This document shows, in pieces, positions 30,701 to 42,809 of a stretch of 64,000 bases of DNA. Positions within the stretch are counted from its first letter, which is position 1, and each line of letters opens with the position of its first letter. The stretch spans positions 18,600,001 through 18,664,000 of the forward strand of contig CM120640.1 in the NCBI GenBank assembly GCA_051362555.1, in the 5' to 3' direction. Position numbers and translations under genes: made by a program. Source of the DNA: Lingula anatina. Its lineage: Eukaryota > Animalia > Brachiopoda. The notes under the pieces are model-generated. The model was given only the letters and a program-made list of their open reading frames with translations. It was not told the origin of the DNA and made no database searches.

Positions 30701-33700
30701 TTCAACTAGTTTATAGGGGTAGTTTCTTTATTGGTTAGTTATATTCTTCCAGTGTAGTGGTGCCAGTGCTGATCACAGCGGAATATACCAGTGTGTTGTG
30801 TCAAACAGATATGGGGAGGCAAGGAGCAAAGAAGTTCAAGTTCAAGTGGAGCTAGGTATTTACTTAATTTTTTTAACAGATCATCCACATAATGGTGTTA
30901 CTGAAGTAGAACATGCCACTGACTTATTCAACTGATTCAGACATTTCCTTTGATCACTAAAATTTGGAAAGTATTTTTTGCACCAATACAACATATATTT
31001 GATACTGTGTATGTGTTCCTTTGAAATTCCCAAATAATTAAAGCAATAATAACTCTTCGTTTCGGCCAAAAAATGAATTTTCTTGGAGTAAACAACAATT
31101 TTCCCATACTTACCAATGGTTAATGAATCCATTTTTACATTCAAAGTTAGTCCCTGGTTTTTTTCTAAAAAGTTTGGTTTTTTGTTAAAATCTCTTAAGA
31201 GATTTTAACAGAGTATAGACATCAATGGAGGTCACGTGGTCTAAAGACAAGTTCAAATATCAGAATAAAAGCTATAACTGCTGTTTTTGTGGTAAAACAG
31301 AATATATTATATTTCTATGAGTTATTCACAAGGTTTTTATTGTGAAATATAGGTCTCATACGAAGAGTTATTATGCCTTTAATGAAGTAGCTAATGTGGA
31401 TTTGATAATGTGATAAGTGATAGAAATAGAGTGGATATCAATTATTTTCATGATTTCAGCCTATGGTTCTCAGCCAGTCCCCATCTCACCCACCATTACC
31501 AAGTCTCCAAAGGCCTGCAAACTGGAGGAAGGAGGGACCACAGTGTTGAATTGTGAAGCAATAGGAATGGAGCCAATTGCTTTTCAATGGTATAAAGATG
31601 GAAAACCCATAGAAGGTACCTGTACATATATCAGTATGTATAATCTGTGGCAAAACTGCTTATAGATAAAGTTGAAAATTTAAAATTAATATTTTACTGA
31701 CTAAAATTCTGTCTCATATATCAAATATTTATTCAGGTCATGCTGGCCCGAGGCTCGAGTTGAACAATGTGACGGTAGATGATAAAGGAATTTATCAGTG
31801 CAGTGTTAGCAATAGACATGGAAAGGCACTGTCCAAGGTGGCCAAAGTGGAGGTTTTCTGTTCAGATAATAGGGAATTCACTGGTAGGTGATGCTGACTA
31901 TGACGAATTGATGTGCTTATTATATATAAATTATAACTGGATGTCAAACAGTTACTTGCATAAAGGTGCATGAAAAAATATAAATCCATGCTACTTAAAC
32001 TACATGTAAAAAGTTTCAAACAGCACTAATAAGGGCAGAAAAGGAAATAAGTCTATTTTATGATTGCATAATTGACTTGCTTGTTAAGTGTTAAATTTCA
32101 CTTTAATTGCCAATTTGTTCAAGAGTAACAAGTTTTCTCACTGTAGTTCTTTTGCTTTTCAGCAACAGACAAAGTTGTCCTCTTAATAGGAAACCATCAT
32201 TATAGATGTGAAAAGAACCTCATTGCTCCTCCAAATGACATCAGAGACTTACAAAATCTGTTTGAAGAGATGAACTTCAAAGTGGTTTCTCTCATTAATT
32301 TAACAAAAGAGCAAATTTTAAATGCAGTTGATGAATTCTGCAAGTTGCTGTTTAAGGGTGTTTATGGTAAGATTTACTGCACTCGTAGTGCTTTTACTTC
32401 TATGCAAATGTGATCAAGTTTTGACTGAGTGCTTTTAAATTCAAGCATTTTAAACTCATTTGTCACATGTATTTAGCAGTTACTTTGAACACTCTAGTAT
32501 AAATATAGTTTCATATGAATGGGATATTTGTAACAAACAGGGAGATCCAGGTTTGTTTTCACGGAAGACTAAACAATTTTGCTGGTTTTATTATTGTCAG
32601 GTGTGTTCTACTTTGCTGGACATGGTTTTGAAAAGCAGGGCCAGTGCTACCTTGTACCCTCTGATGCCAGCACTGGGTATGGTGCTAATGACTGTGTCTG
32701 TGCTGAATATGTGCTGAAGAAAATGCAGGAAATGAACCCAGCTCTGGCAGTTATGATGCTAGATATATGTAGGAAGGAGTATGTATTTTGTGCACCTCAC
32801 ATATGTTTGCATAAATTCATTGTCATTTCCAGTGCAACTGAATGTAACCAGTCAAATAATAACATCTTTGTTACATATGTATTGCTTTTCCCGATTCAAG
32901 TTATAAGTAATTTTTTTTATTAATTATGTCTGTGTATCTTTTGCAAAATAAAATTGTGAATTTCAGAAATGTCCATGCCACAGAATCAGTAGAAATATAC
33001 AAGCCTGCAGTCCGAGGCAACATGGTGTTTGCTTATGCAACCAGTTTCTCCATGGAAGCATATGAAGAAGAACCACTGATGCCTGTTGATACCTCATTGT
33101 GTTCAGTGAATGGCATATTTGTCAAGCATCTTAAAAAATTGATTAAGCAAAAGAAGATGGTCAGCACAATGTTTCAAGAAGTAGCACAAGGTGAGATTTA
33201 AAACTGTCTGGTTGTAATTTTGTTACCTTTGTTCTTTGTACCCACTGTTACATGAGGGACTTATTATTTAATTTATTTTGCTTTTCAATATAATATTAAT
33301 GTAACAGGCAAAAGCATTTGGATAGATAAAATCATGAAATAAGCCTTAAATCATTATGTTACTTTTTACGATAATTTGAAATTTAACTTTTATTTATTTA
33401 TTTAATTTATTTATATTTTGCATGGCTATTTCTGGTTTTTGTTTTTTAGCTGTGAATAAAGATGCACTTGCTAAAGAAGTACAGTTTCCAGAAGTAAGAA
33501 CCAACCTCAATGAGGCAAGAAGTTTTACAGATCCAATTGACTTTAGAGGATCTACACAACGTTTTGACAAAAACTTGCTACGATGGCAGCAATCATGGGG
33601 TGAGATTCATGTGCTAAAGTGACAAATCATATAAATTGGTATTCATAAATACCATTTGAAAAGTATGAAATTGAATGAAATACACCTTTTGTGACAAAAT

Positions 33701-35182
33701 AATATGTCATATGTAGTTTCTTCTTTCTAACTCATTTCTTTTCTACCTTTATGAATTTTTTTCTATTAATTTTTTATTGTTACTTTTTTATGGATAGACA
33801 CCTCATACTAGTATGTCTGTTACCACTGTCATCAATGGTGTCACTGTACCCTTTCACAAATGTTTTGCTTGTAAATGCGATAAAAAGAAAACCATGTTAA
33901 TTAAAATTTCTAGTCATAGGGGAAAAGTACAGGTCAAGTTTGAAAATGGTTTTCAGGGCTCAAACTTTGTATATTTTTGTATTATATTGTCAGTCTTCCA
34001 TGTTTACACTGCTAAAGGTTGTCTGTCCATATGTAGTGCTGCCTGTCATTATGAACATTTTCAGTGAAAGTCGCTTTTTTCATTTTATGTTTTGCACAGT
34101 ACCTCATATACTGTATATTAACCTTTTCTTTCAGAATGCCCCCCTTCAACAACTTACAGATCTCCTGAAAGTAATATTATAGTGAAACTAGACTTTGAAG
34201 CAGCATTCTGTAACCAGCTAGAGGTGCATACAACAGTACTTGATGAAGCAGCTTGTAGTAATGTGGCAGCATGGGTGGAGCACCTTGTTGATGTGAGTAA
34301 CACTGTGTTGAACTTTTTAGTTCGGATTATTTTATGTAGTATCATCAAAAAGTAACATTCTAAAAGGAGTAAAATGTTTTTTAAGTTAAATATCAGTGGC
34401 AAATCCTAAAACATGGATGCAAAAAATAAATTATTCCTTTATTACTTGGTTCTACTATTATTACCCCCCATTTTGAAATAAAGGGGGGTGGGAATTTAAC
34501 ATTAGTGTATCTTATGGCTATCAAGCCAAAATTTGTGCATTTAAAGTTTTTGAATATATAATGTACGTCACTTTAAAATTTACTTTGTAAGAAAATCAAT
34601 TTATTTTAGAGAAAATTAATGAAAATAAAGTTAACTTGTTTTTGCAAGTGTTGCATCTGTTCTGTTATTTTAAGAATTTTACTGCTTTCATTTCAGGCTT
34701 ACAGTACTCAAAATCGTTGCAAGAAATCATGTAAAAGTTCCAGGCCATATATTGCCAAATCAGAATTCAATGACATCCAGAATCTTCGTGTAAGTTTATT
34801 ATGGAGTCTTGTTTAACACCTCACCTGTTAAAGAGCATTTGTTTTTTTAATCTAAAATTATGCAATTACTTTCCAGAACTTTTATTGTATTCATTTTGAC
34901 AAAAACAGATACATTAATATTGACTATATCTTTGATTTAATATTTTAAGAAATCAAAGTCATCACCAATCACTCCACTGATTTGCTCTTTGTTTTCTAGG
35001 GTCCATTACATGCAGTTTTGTTTATCCAATATAAAGTATATGAGGAGTCACACACAGAAAAAGCTCATATCGAGCTTGGAGAACCATTGGTAGTTCCTTT
35101 GCTCCTAAGCAGACCACGGGTATTGGCCAATCAAAGAGTACCAATGGAGCAGGAAGAGGTCATATATCATGTCAACAGATGA
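27729..35182 (+). CDS. MALT1: Type-1 paracaspase, MALT1-like (death domain + 3 Ig + caspase-like + C-terminal Ig-like)
   Basis: In-phase exons 27729-27892, 28161-28324, 28621-28792, 29551-29660, 29919-30028, 30341-30457, 30753-30855, 31460-31615, 31737-31883, 32163-32366, 32601-32778, 32967-33190, 33450-33599, 34135-34292, 34697-34789, 35000-35182. Motifs: GWRDL death domain, CEATGFPFPRYQWF, ATDKVVLLIGN, catalytic FYFAGHG and LDICRK, GNMVFAYAT. Confidence 0.93.
28987..29315. mobile_element. Degenerate hAT-like MITE remnant
   Basis: CAGGCTTTCCA start, ...TGCAGACTG end, and repeated subterminal ACTGGCC motifs near both ends. Confidence 0.4.
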
Positions 35183-38100
35183 TGAACAGTGGTAACTTTA
35201 AAAGCACAGGGTTATATTTTTAATGATATAATTCTTTGAGGATCCAAGTGTTTTCTGCCACTTCGCACTACTCTGTACTGGAGGTCAGCTGAGTGATGAC
35301 ATGAATTACATACAGAAATTATCGCTGGAACTCTTCTAGCTAAATGGTAGCAGCCAGTTACACCACATAGTGCTTAGGTGTTAAATGCTTGTTGCGTGAT
35401 CTGCCTTCAGTGATCTGCTTAGCAAACCAGTCACATGGGTAGGAGCACCTTGGCTTGGCTGTCACCTTGATTGGTTAATGATCCTTGCGACATGAAAACC
35501 TAGTTCTTTGTTTGTCTAGTGACCCGCAGTAGACAAGAGTCTACCGCCATTTTGTTCATAGAAAATTTTCTCGAAAAATGCTTGTCTGAATGAACTTTTA
35601 GCAGCAGTAATTATTTTCATGCCACTTTTAGACTTCCCTGTTGGTAAAGTAATCATACATATGCTCTTATTTGTGACAATTTTGTGAATAATGGTATGAC
35701 GAGAGGAAAGAACAGGTGCCAGTCAGATGCCAAATGCCTGAGCTTACATGGTTGTAGACAGATCTGATTGTTGGGAAGAGAACAAAATTTACAAATTGAA
35801 AACTGTTGATATTTTATTGTTACTTTGTTTACCACAAATGAATTATCAGGTTTCCAAATAACTCGTGTTATTTATGGATTAGAGAGCATCATATTGGTAT
35901 GCACTGTAAGCTAGGTGAGATATCCTCATGCTTTGCTTTCAGTTGCTGGTCATGTATAGGCTAATATAAACAATTGTGTACAGAACTACTGTATATGTGT
36001 TTTGGCAATTGCCAGTATATTCATACTTCATCAGGGGACATTATTTAATAAACCGTCATAGCTGAAACTGTTGTTGTATATTTTGATGGAAAGCATTTTA
36101 TTACCTTACCCAATCCCAACGTTGGAAGAAATGTGAAAGAAAATAAACTCATTTACAGTTTGCTTTATTAGTTTTAATAATAACATAACACAAAGCAATA
36201 ATTGTATATAATTAGAGCTTATGCTTACTGTTCTGTTTCTCTTTACTAACCATAAAATGTATATAAACTTGAGTAACCGAGCTCAGCATGCAGGGAAACT
36301 TATACCCTCTTTTAAACAATTTTAAGTTTTCTGGCGATCTACAGATGCCCTGATTGTCACATACCCGCAACGTTACTTCCCACTGGTAAAATGCTACATA
36401 TAACACATTCCTTATTTTAAAACCTTACCTTAAAGACCTGGATTCGAAAGTAACAATATATATAAACAGAAAGAGAGAGAGATTTTTTTTGAAAAATAAC
36501 ATTTTTCCATTTTCTCAGTCTATCAAAAGTGTCTAACTTATGCTTTAGTTGGCGTCTAGATGAGTACAACATGCAGTAGAACGGGTTTCCTACGACCCTG
36601 GTCATGATGACGGCAACATTTATACTAATATCATGGATGATTATGATTTTGAATAAAGGGAAAAATCCTGTAAACCTGAAAATATTTCATTTGTCTCATA
36701 TACCAATAAACACATGAGGGGCATTTTAATGGCAAGCCATTATCATTTACATTCACTGTACGTGTTTGTGATCATCCAGCCGAAACCCTTCTCATATATA
36801 GCAAATGTTACTGGCAGTTACTTAAATGTGTACATATAATATGATAGTAATAAATAGGTCTAATGTCAGGAATGCATTTTTTCGTTTTATATTTACAATA
36901 TCGCTGAACAAGGCAGGGGCAGATCCAGGGTTATTTTAAGGGGGCGGGGGCTCCGCGGATGGAGCATGTGGAGGCGAGGAGACCATTAGGGAATTAGCAG
37001 CATCGCTTTTTTAAGTGGAGTTGGCCATATTTAGTCGGCGGATCATCTGTTCTGAGTGCGCTCACATGGGGCAATTTGATAACAGAGGCAAGCTTACAGT
37101 ATTCTGGAGCTTACCATTCATACAGTTAACCCCGAGTTTCAAAGTTTGGAAGAAAACATGAAACCCCACAGGCATCCTGATAATAAAAGAGTTTCGACCG
37201 ACCTGTGGTTCTTAAATTGTTACTTAAACTTACAGAATCACTGAGAATAAGTCTAGTTGTCTCTGAAACTCCGGATGATTGACATGCACTTCTCCTGTTA
37301 TATATCCATAACATCAATGCTCTACATTGTTAACATTTCATTTATTTCTTAACAAACCCTGTGGAATATAAACAACTGTCTGTAATCTCTTATTACTGTA
37401 ATTGAAGCAAGTCATCATTGTCTATAGAGATACTTTTATTACTTATTTATTTATAAACATGCACGCTCGGGTACCGCAGTACATCTTTTCACACAGACAA
37501 ACATATTTTCTCTCGATAATTCTTAATGAATTTTTTAAATGTGAAATGGACCTATGTATGGAGAAACAGTGAGTGTTCTCGTGGCAGGCGAAGCAAGTCC
37601 CGATTTTCAAGCTGGGTCGAGTCAAAGACCACCTCACTGAAAAAACACACAAATAGAGCTATTGTTTGCCTGGCCATGAAAACATTGATAATAAGAAATT
37701 GACTAATTAACACGTAAGCTCTAGTGTTCGACAACTTTGGTTGATGTGATCGCCAGGGAGACGTGAAAGGATGCCAGTGACCACTCAGACTTATAACAAT
37801 GTTAAAAAGTGTATTAGTGCAGTTTTCGACTGAGATTTTCGGTGAAAATGTAAACGCATAAATGAGAAAGTCATGAAGGGAGGCGTCCGCTATTAATTAT
37901 TACCTATATTAGTAGACGCTATATATGAAAAATACTCATTTGTTTCTTCTGACTGGCATAAGTAAATCAAGATTTTTCATTTGACCTACTGCTATTTTCT
38001 CTCGTTTCGTAAAAACACAATAGGCCTAACTTGTTTTTCATTTCTCAGAATAACACTTCAGTTGATTACAACATGTATTTCAAGGTACAGAGGTGGCTGT

Positions 38101-38917
38101 ACATGCTAAGCCCAGTGTACTTTCAATTGATTCACTACAATCAAAACAAACATGTTCCCTGGGACTGCCTCGAAAATGCAGTCACCTTACAACCTATTAC
38201 ATTATCCACATCTTGGATCAGTGGTCAAATACGCACGTACTATAGTGGCCTGCGAGATGTTCGCGTCTACCTGATCCAGTTTTAACGGACATCGTGTCCA
38301 TTATAATTATGGGGAGAAGGTATGTTGCTCAGAAATTGTCATCAAATTTACCTGTACATTTCGAAGTCATTATCTAATGCACATTGCTCTTATTATAAAA
38401 TAAAATGATAAACAGAAAAATCAAAATAAATATAGTAAATAAAATGTACATGTTAATCAGATATTAAAATCAATTATGAGCATCACTATCAAACGCCACC
38501 CCCTATAAACAAATTGATCATTAGTGACAACTGGAACGCCACCATGTGACTTTACATCACTGAAAGAATTTTGAAATTGCGTTCATTCAACGCAAGCAGA
38601 TCTGGAGCAACAGGAAGGATGCCATATACTGCGCCCCGTATCAAGCAAAAAGGACACAGGAGTCAACTCACATTTCTCCGAATCTTTTCCTCGTCCCAAG
38701 TCAACGCTTCGCTCATCGACGATCACACGGCTGTCTGGACGGTGGATTCGACGTTTCTCTAATTAGCTGGCCAGCTAAAACCTTCGCTTCTCTTCACGAG
38801 GAATCGTCGCTCAGGAATCTTCGCAGGATACATCATCGGCTTTCTGCTATTATGGGCTATATTGTTGTAGTGCCACAGCACATATTTTCATGCATTCCAG
38901 GTTTCTTCTTATTACAT

Positions 38918-41900
38918 ACATAGGTAGGAAAAGTAATTAATCCGTTTTTCTTTCTTTTAACAGAACTCGATTATGACGATTCACGATAGAGCTACCACTG
39001 ACAACTGCAAGGGGAAGAGAGCCACATCTACACTTCAGCTACTTCGATCAATCCTTGGTGCCAGTGAGTCCTGCCACAGCCTGTCTACGAGGTGGCTGCG
39101 CTGGGGAAGGGTCCAAGGCATTTGACAGGGAAACATCTTAAAGGTAAGCCCGACTGCAGAGTACTGACACAGGTTGGAAAAGTCATTAATCCGTTTTTCT
39201 TTCTGTTAACAGGATTCGATTATGGTGATTCTCGATGGAGCTCCCACTGACAACTGCAAAGGGAAGAGGGCCACATCTACACTTCAGCTCATTCGATCAA
39301 TCCTTGGTGCAGGTAGTCCCGCTGTGTTCTGGGTCTACGAGAGGCTGCAGTAAGGAAGCGTCCAAGGCATATGACAGGGAAACCTCTTAAAGGTAAGACT
39401 GACTGCAGAGTGCTGACACAGGTTGGAAAAGTCATTAATTCGTTTTTCTTTCTGTTAACAGGATTCGATTATGGCGATTCTCGATGGAGCTACCACTGAC
39501 AACTGCAAGGGGAAGAGAGCCACATCTACACTTCAGCTACTTCGATAAATCCTTGGTACCAGTGAGTCCTGCCATATGGTCTGTCTACGAGGTGGCTGCA
39601 CTGGGGATGTATTCAGCTAGTCCTGCCATGGTCTGTCTTCAAGGTTGCCGCACTGGGGAAGCGTCCAAGGCATATGACAGGGAAACATCTTAAAGGTAAG
39701 CCCGATTGCAGAGTGCTGACACAGGTTGGAAAAGTCATTAATTCGTTTTTCTTTCTGTTAACAGGATTCGATTATGGCAATTCTCGATGGAGCTCCCACT
39801 GACAACTGAGAGGAGAAGAGGGCCACATCTGCACATCCGAACAATCCTTGGTGCCAGCGAGTCCTGCCATGGTCTGGGTCTACGGGATGGCTGCAGTGGG
39901 AAAGCTTCCAGCGAGTCCTGCCATGGTCTGGGTCTACGAGATAGCTACATTGGGAAAGCCTCCAGTGAGTCCTGCCATATGGTCTGTCTACGAAGTGGCT
40001 GCACTGGGGGTGTATCCAGCGAGTTCTGCCATGGTCTGGGTCTACGAGATGGCTGCAGTAGGGAAGCGCCCAAGGCATATGAGATGGAAACCTCTTAAAG
40101 GTAGGCCTGACTGCAGAGTGACATAGGTTGGAAAAGTCATTAACCCGTTTTTCTTTCTGTTAACAGGATTTGATTATGGTGATTCTCGATGGAGCTACCA
40201 CTGACAACTGCAAGGGGAAGAGAGCCACATCTACACTTTAGCTACTTCGATCAATCCTTGGTGCCAGCGAGTCCTGCCACGGCCTGTCTACGAGATGGCT
40301 GCACTGGGGAAGCGTCCAAGGCATATGACAGGGAAACCTCTTAAAGGTAAGCCTGACTGCAGAGTGCTGACATAGGTTGGAAAAGTCATTAATCCGTTTT
40401 TCTTTCTGTTAACAGGATCCGATTCTGGCGATTCTCGATGGAGCTACCCCTGTAACTGCAAGGGGAAGAGAGCCACATCTACACTTTAGCTACTTCGATC
40501 AATCCTTGGTGCCAGTGAGTCCTGCCATATGGTCTGTCTACGAGGTGGCTGCACTGGGGATGTATTCAGCTAGTCCTGCCATGGTCTGTCTTCAAGGTGG
40601 CCGCACTGGGGAAGCGTCCAAGGCATATGACAGGGAAACATCTTAAAGGTAAGCCCGATTGCAGAGTGCTGACACAGGTTGGAAAAGTCATTAATTCGTT
40701 TTTCTTTCTGTTAACAGGATTCGATTATGGCGATTCTCGATGGAGCTCCCACTGACAACTGAGAGGAGAAGAGGGCCACATCTGCACATCCGAACAATCC
40801 TTGGTGCCAGCGAGTCCTGCCATGGTCTGGGTCTACGAGATGGCTGCAGTGGGAAAGCTTCCAGCGAGTCCTGCCATGGTCTGGGTCTACGAGATAGCTA
40901 CATTGGGAAAGCCTCCAGTGAGTCCTGCCATATGGTCTGTCTACGAGGTGGCTGCACTGGGGGTGTATCCAGTGAGTTCTGCCATGGTCTGGGTCTACGA
41001 GATGGCTGCAGTAGGGAAGCGCCCAAGGCATATGACAGGGAAACATCTTAAAGGTAAGCCCGATTGCAGAGTGCTGACATAGGTTGGAAAAGCCATTAAC
41101 CCGTTTTTCTTTCTGTTAACAGGATTTGATTATGGTGATTCTCAATGGAGCTACCACTGACAACTGCAAAGGGAAGAGGGCCATATCTGCACATCCGAAC
41201 AATCCTTGGTGCCAGCGAGTCCTGCCATGGTCTGGGTCTACGAGATGGCTGCAGTGGGCAAGCGTCCAAGGCATATGACAGGGAAACCTTTTAAAGGTAA
41301 GCCTGACTGCATAGTGCTGACATAGGTTGGAAACGTCATTAATCCGTATTTCTTTCTGTTTACAGGATCCGATTATGGCGATTCTCGATGGAGCTACCAC
41401 TGACAACAGCAAGGGTAAGAGAGCCACATCTACACTTCAGCTACTTCCATCAATCCTTGGTGCCAGTGAGTCCTGCCATATGGTCTGTCTATGAGGTGGC
41501 TGCACTCGGGTTGTATTCAGCTAGTCCTGCCACGGCCTGTCTACGAGATGGCTGCACTGGGGAAGCGTCCAAGGCATATGACAGGGAAACATCTTAAAGG
41601 TAAGCCTGACTGCAGAGTGCTGACATAGGTTGGAAAAGTCATTAATCCGTTTTTCTTTCTGTTAACAGGATCCGATTATGGTGATTCTCGATGGAGCTCC
41701 CACTGACAACTGCAAGGGGAAGAGAGCCACATCTACACTTCAGCTACTTCGATCAATCCTTAGTGCCAGTGAGTCCTGCCATATGGTCTGTCTACGAGGT
41801 GGCTGCACTGGGGATGTATTCAGCTAGTCCTGCCATGGTCTGTCTTCAAGGTGGCTGCACTGGGGAAGCGTCCAAGGCATATGACAGGGAAACCTCTTGA

Positions 41901-42809
41901 AGGTAAGCCTGACTGCAGAGTGCTGACATAGGTTGGAAAAGTCATTAATCCGTTTTTCTTTCTGTTAACAGGATTCGATTATGGCGATTCTCGATGGAAC
42001 TCCCACTGACAACTGAGAGGAGAAGAGGGCCACATCTGCACATCCGAACAATCCTTGGTGCCAGCGAGTCCTGCCATGGTCTGGGTCTACGAGATGGCTG
42101 CAGTGGGAAAGCGTCCAAGGCATATGACAGGGAAACCTCTTTAAGGTAAGCCTGACTGCAGAGTGCTGACATGTATCCAGCGAGTCCTGCCATGGTCTGG
42201 GTCTACGAGGTGGCTGCACTGGGGATGTCTCCAGCGAGCCCTGCCATGGTCTGGGTCTACGAGGTGGCTCCACTTGGGATGTCTCCAGCGAGTCCTGCCA
42301 TGGTCTGGGTCTACGAGATGGCTGCAGTAGGGAAGCGCCCAAGGCATATGTGATGGAAACCTCTTAAAGGTAAGCCTGACTGCAGAGTGCTGACATAGGT
42401 TGGAAAAGTCATTAATCCGTTTTTCTTTCTGTTAACAGGATTCGATTATGGCGATTCTCGATGGAGGTACCACTGACAACTGCAAGGAGAAGAGGGCCAC
42501 ATCTACACTTCAGCTACTTCGATCAATCCTTAGTGCCAGCGAGTCCTGCCATGGTCTGTCTGCGAGGTGGATGTAGTGGGAAAGCGTCCAGCGAGTCATG
42601 CCATGGTGTGGGTCTACGAGCAGGCTGCATTGGGGAAGCGTTCAGTGAGTCCTCCCATATGGTCTGTCTACGAGGTGGCTGCACTGGGGATGTATCCAGC
42701 GAGTCCTGCCATGGTTCGTCTAAGAAGTGGATGCACTGCGGAAGCGTTCAGTGAGTCCTGCCATGGTTTGTCTACGAGGTGGCCGGATTTGGGAGCATCC
42801 AGTGAGTCC
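38918..42809 (+). repeat. Compound tandem array of 12 cassettes: 3' splice site, 174-336 nt exon-like block with a variable number of 52/54-bp sub-repeats, 5' splice site, ~69-nt intron-like spacer
   Basis: Exon-like blocks start at 38964, 39213, 39462, 39765, 40167, 40416, 40718, 41123, 41366, 41669, 41972 and 42439, each after TTTTTCTTTCTGTTAACAG or a close variant. The first 11 end in AAG|GTA(A/G)GC. Unit lengths are 249, 249, 303, 402, 249, 302, 405, 243, 303, 303, 467. Confidence 0.95.

Noticed and set aside
36212-37640. Chain of minus-strand exon-like segments downstream of MALT1
   Set aside because: Plausible splice sites, but joins give early stops or 45-57 nt introns and no recognisable protein.
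38964-42400. One long spliced (seleno)protein using the recurrent in-frame TGA (GGC ATA TGA CAG)
   Set aside because: That frame also contains TAA stops in units 2 and 3, and no SECIS was recognised.
38918-42809. CRISPR-like array
   Set aside because: Eukaryotic context, no unique spacers and no cas genes; all modules are mutually homologous.
38918-42809. Retrozyme/hammerhead tandem repeat
   Set aside because: No CUGANGA...GAAA core with flanking helices found by eye on either strand.
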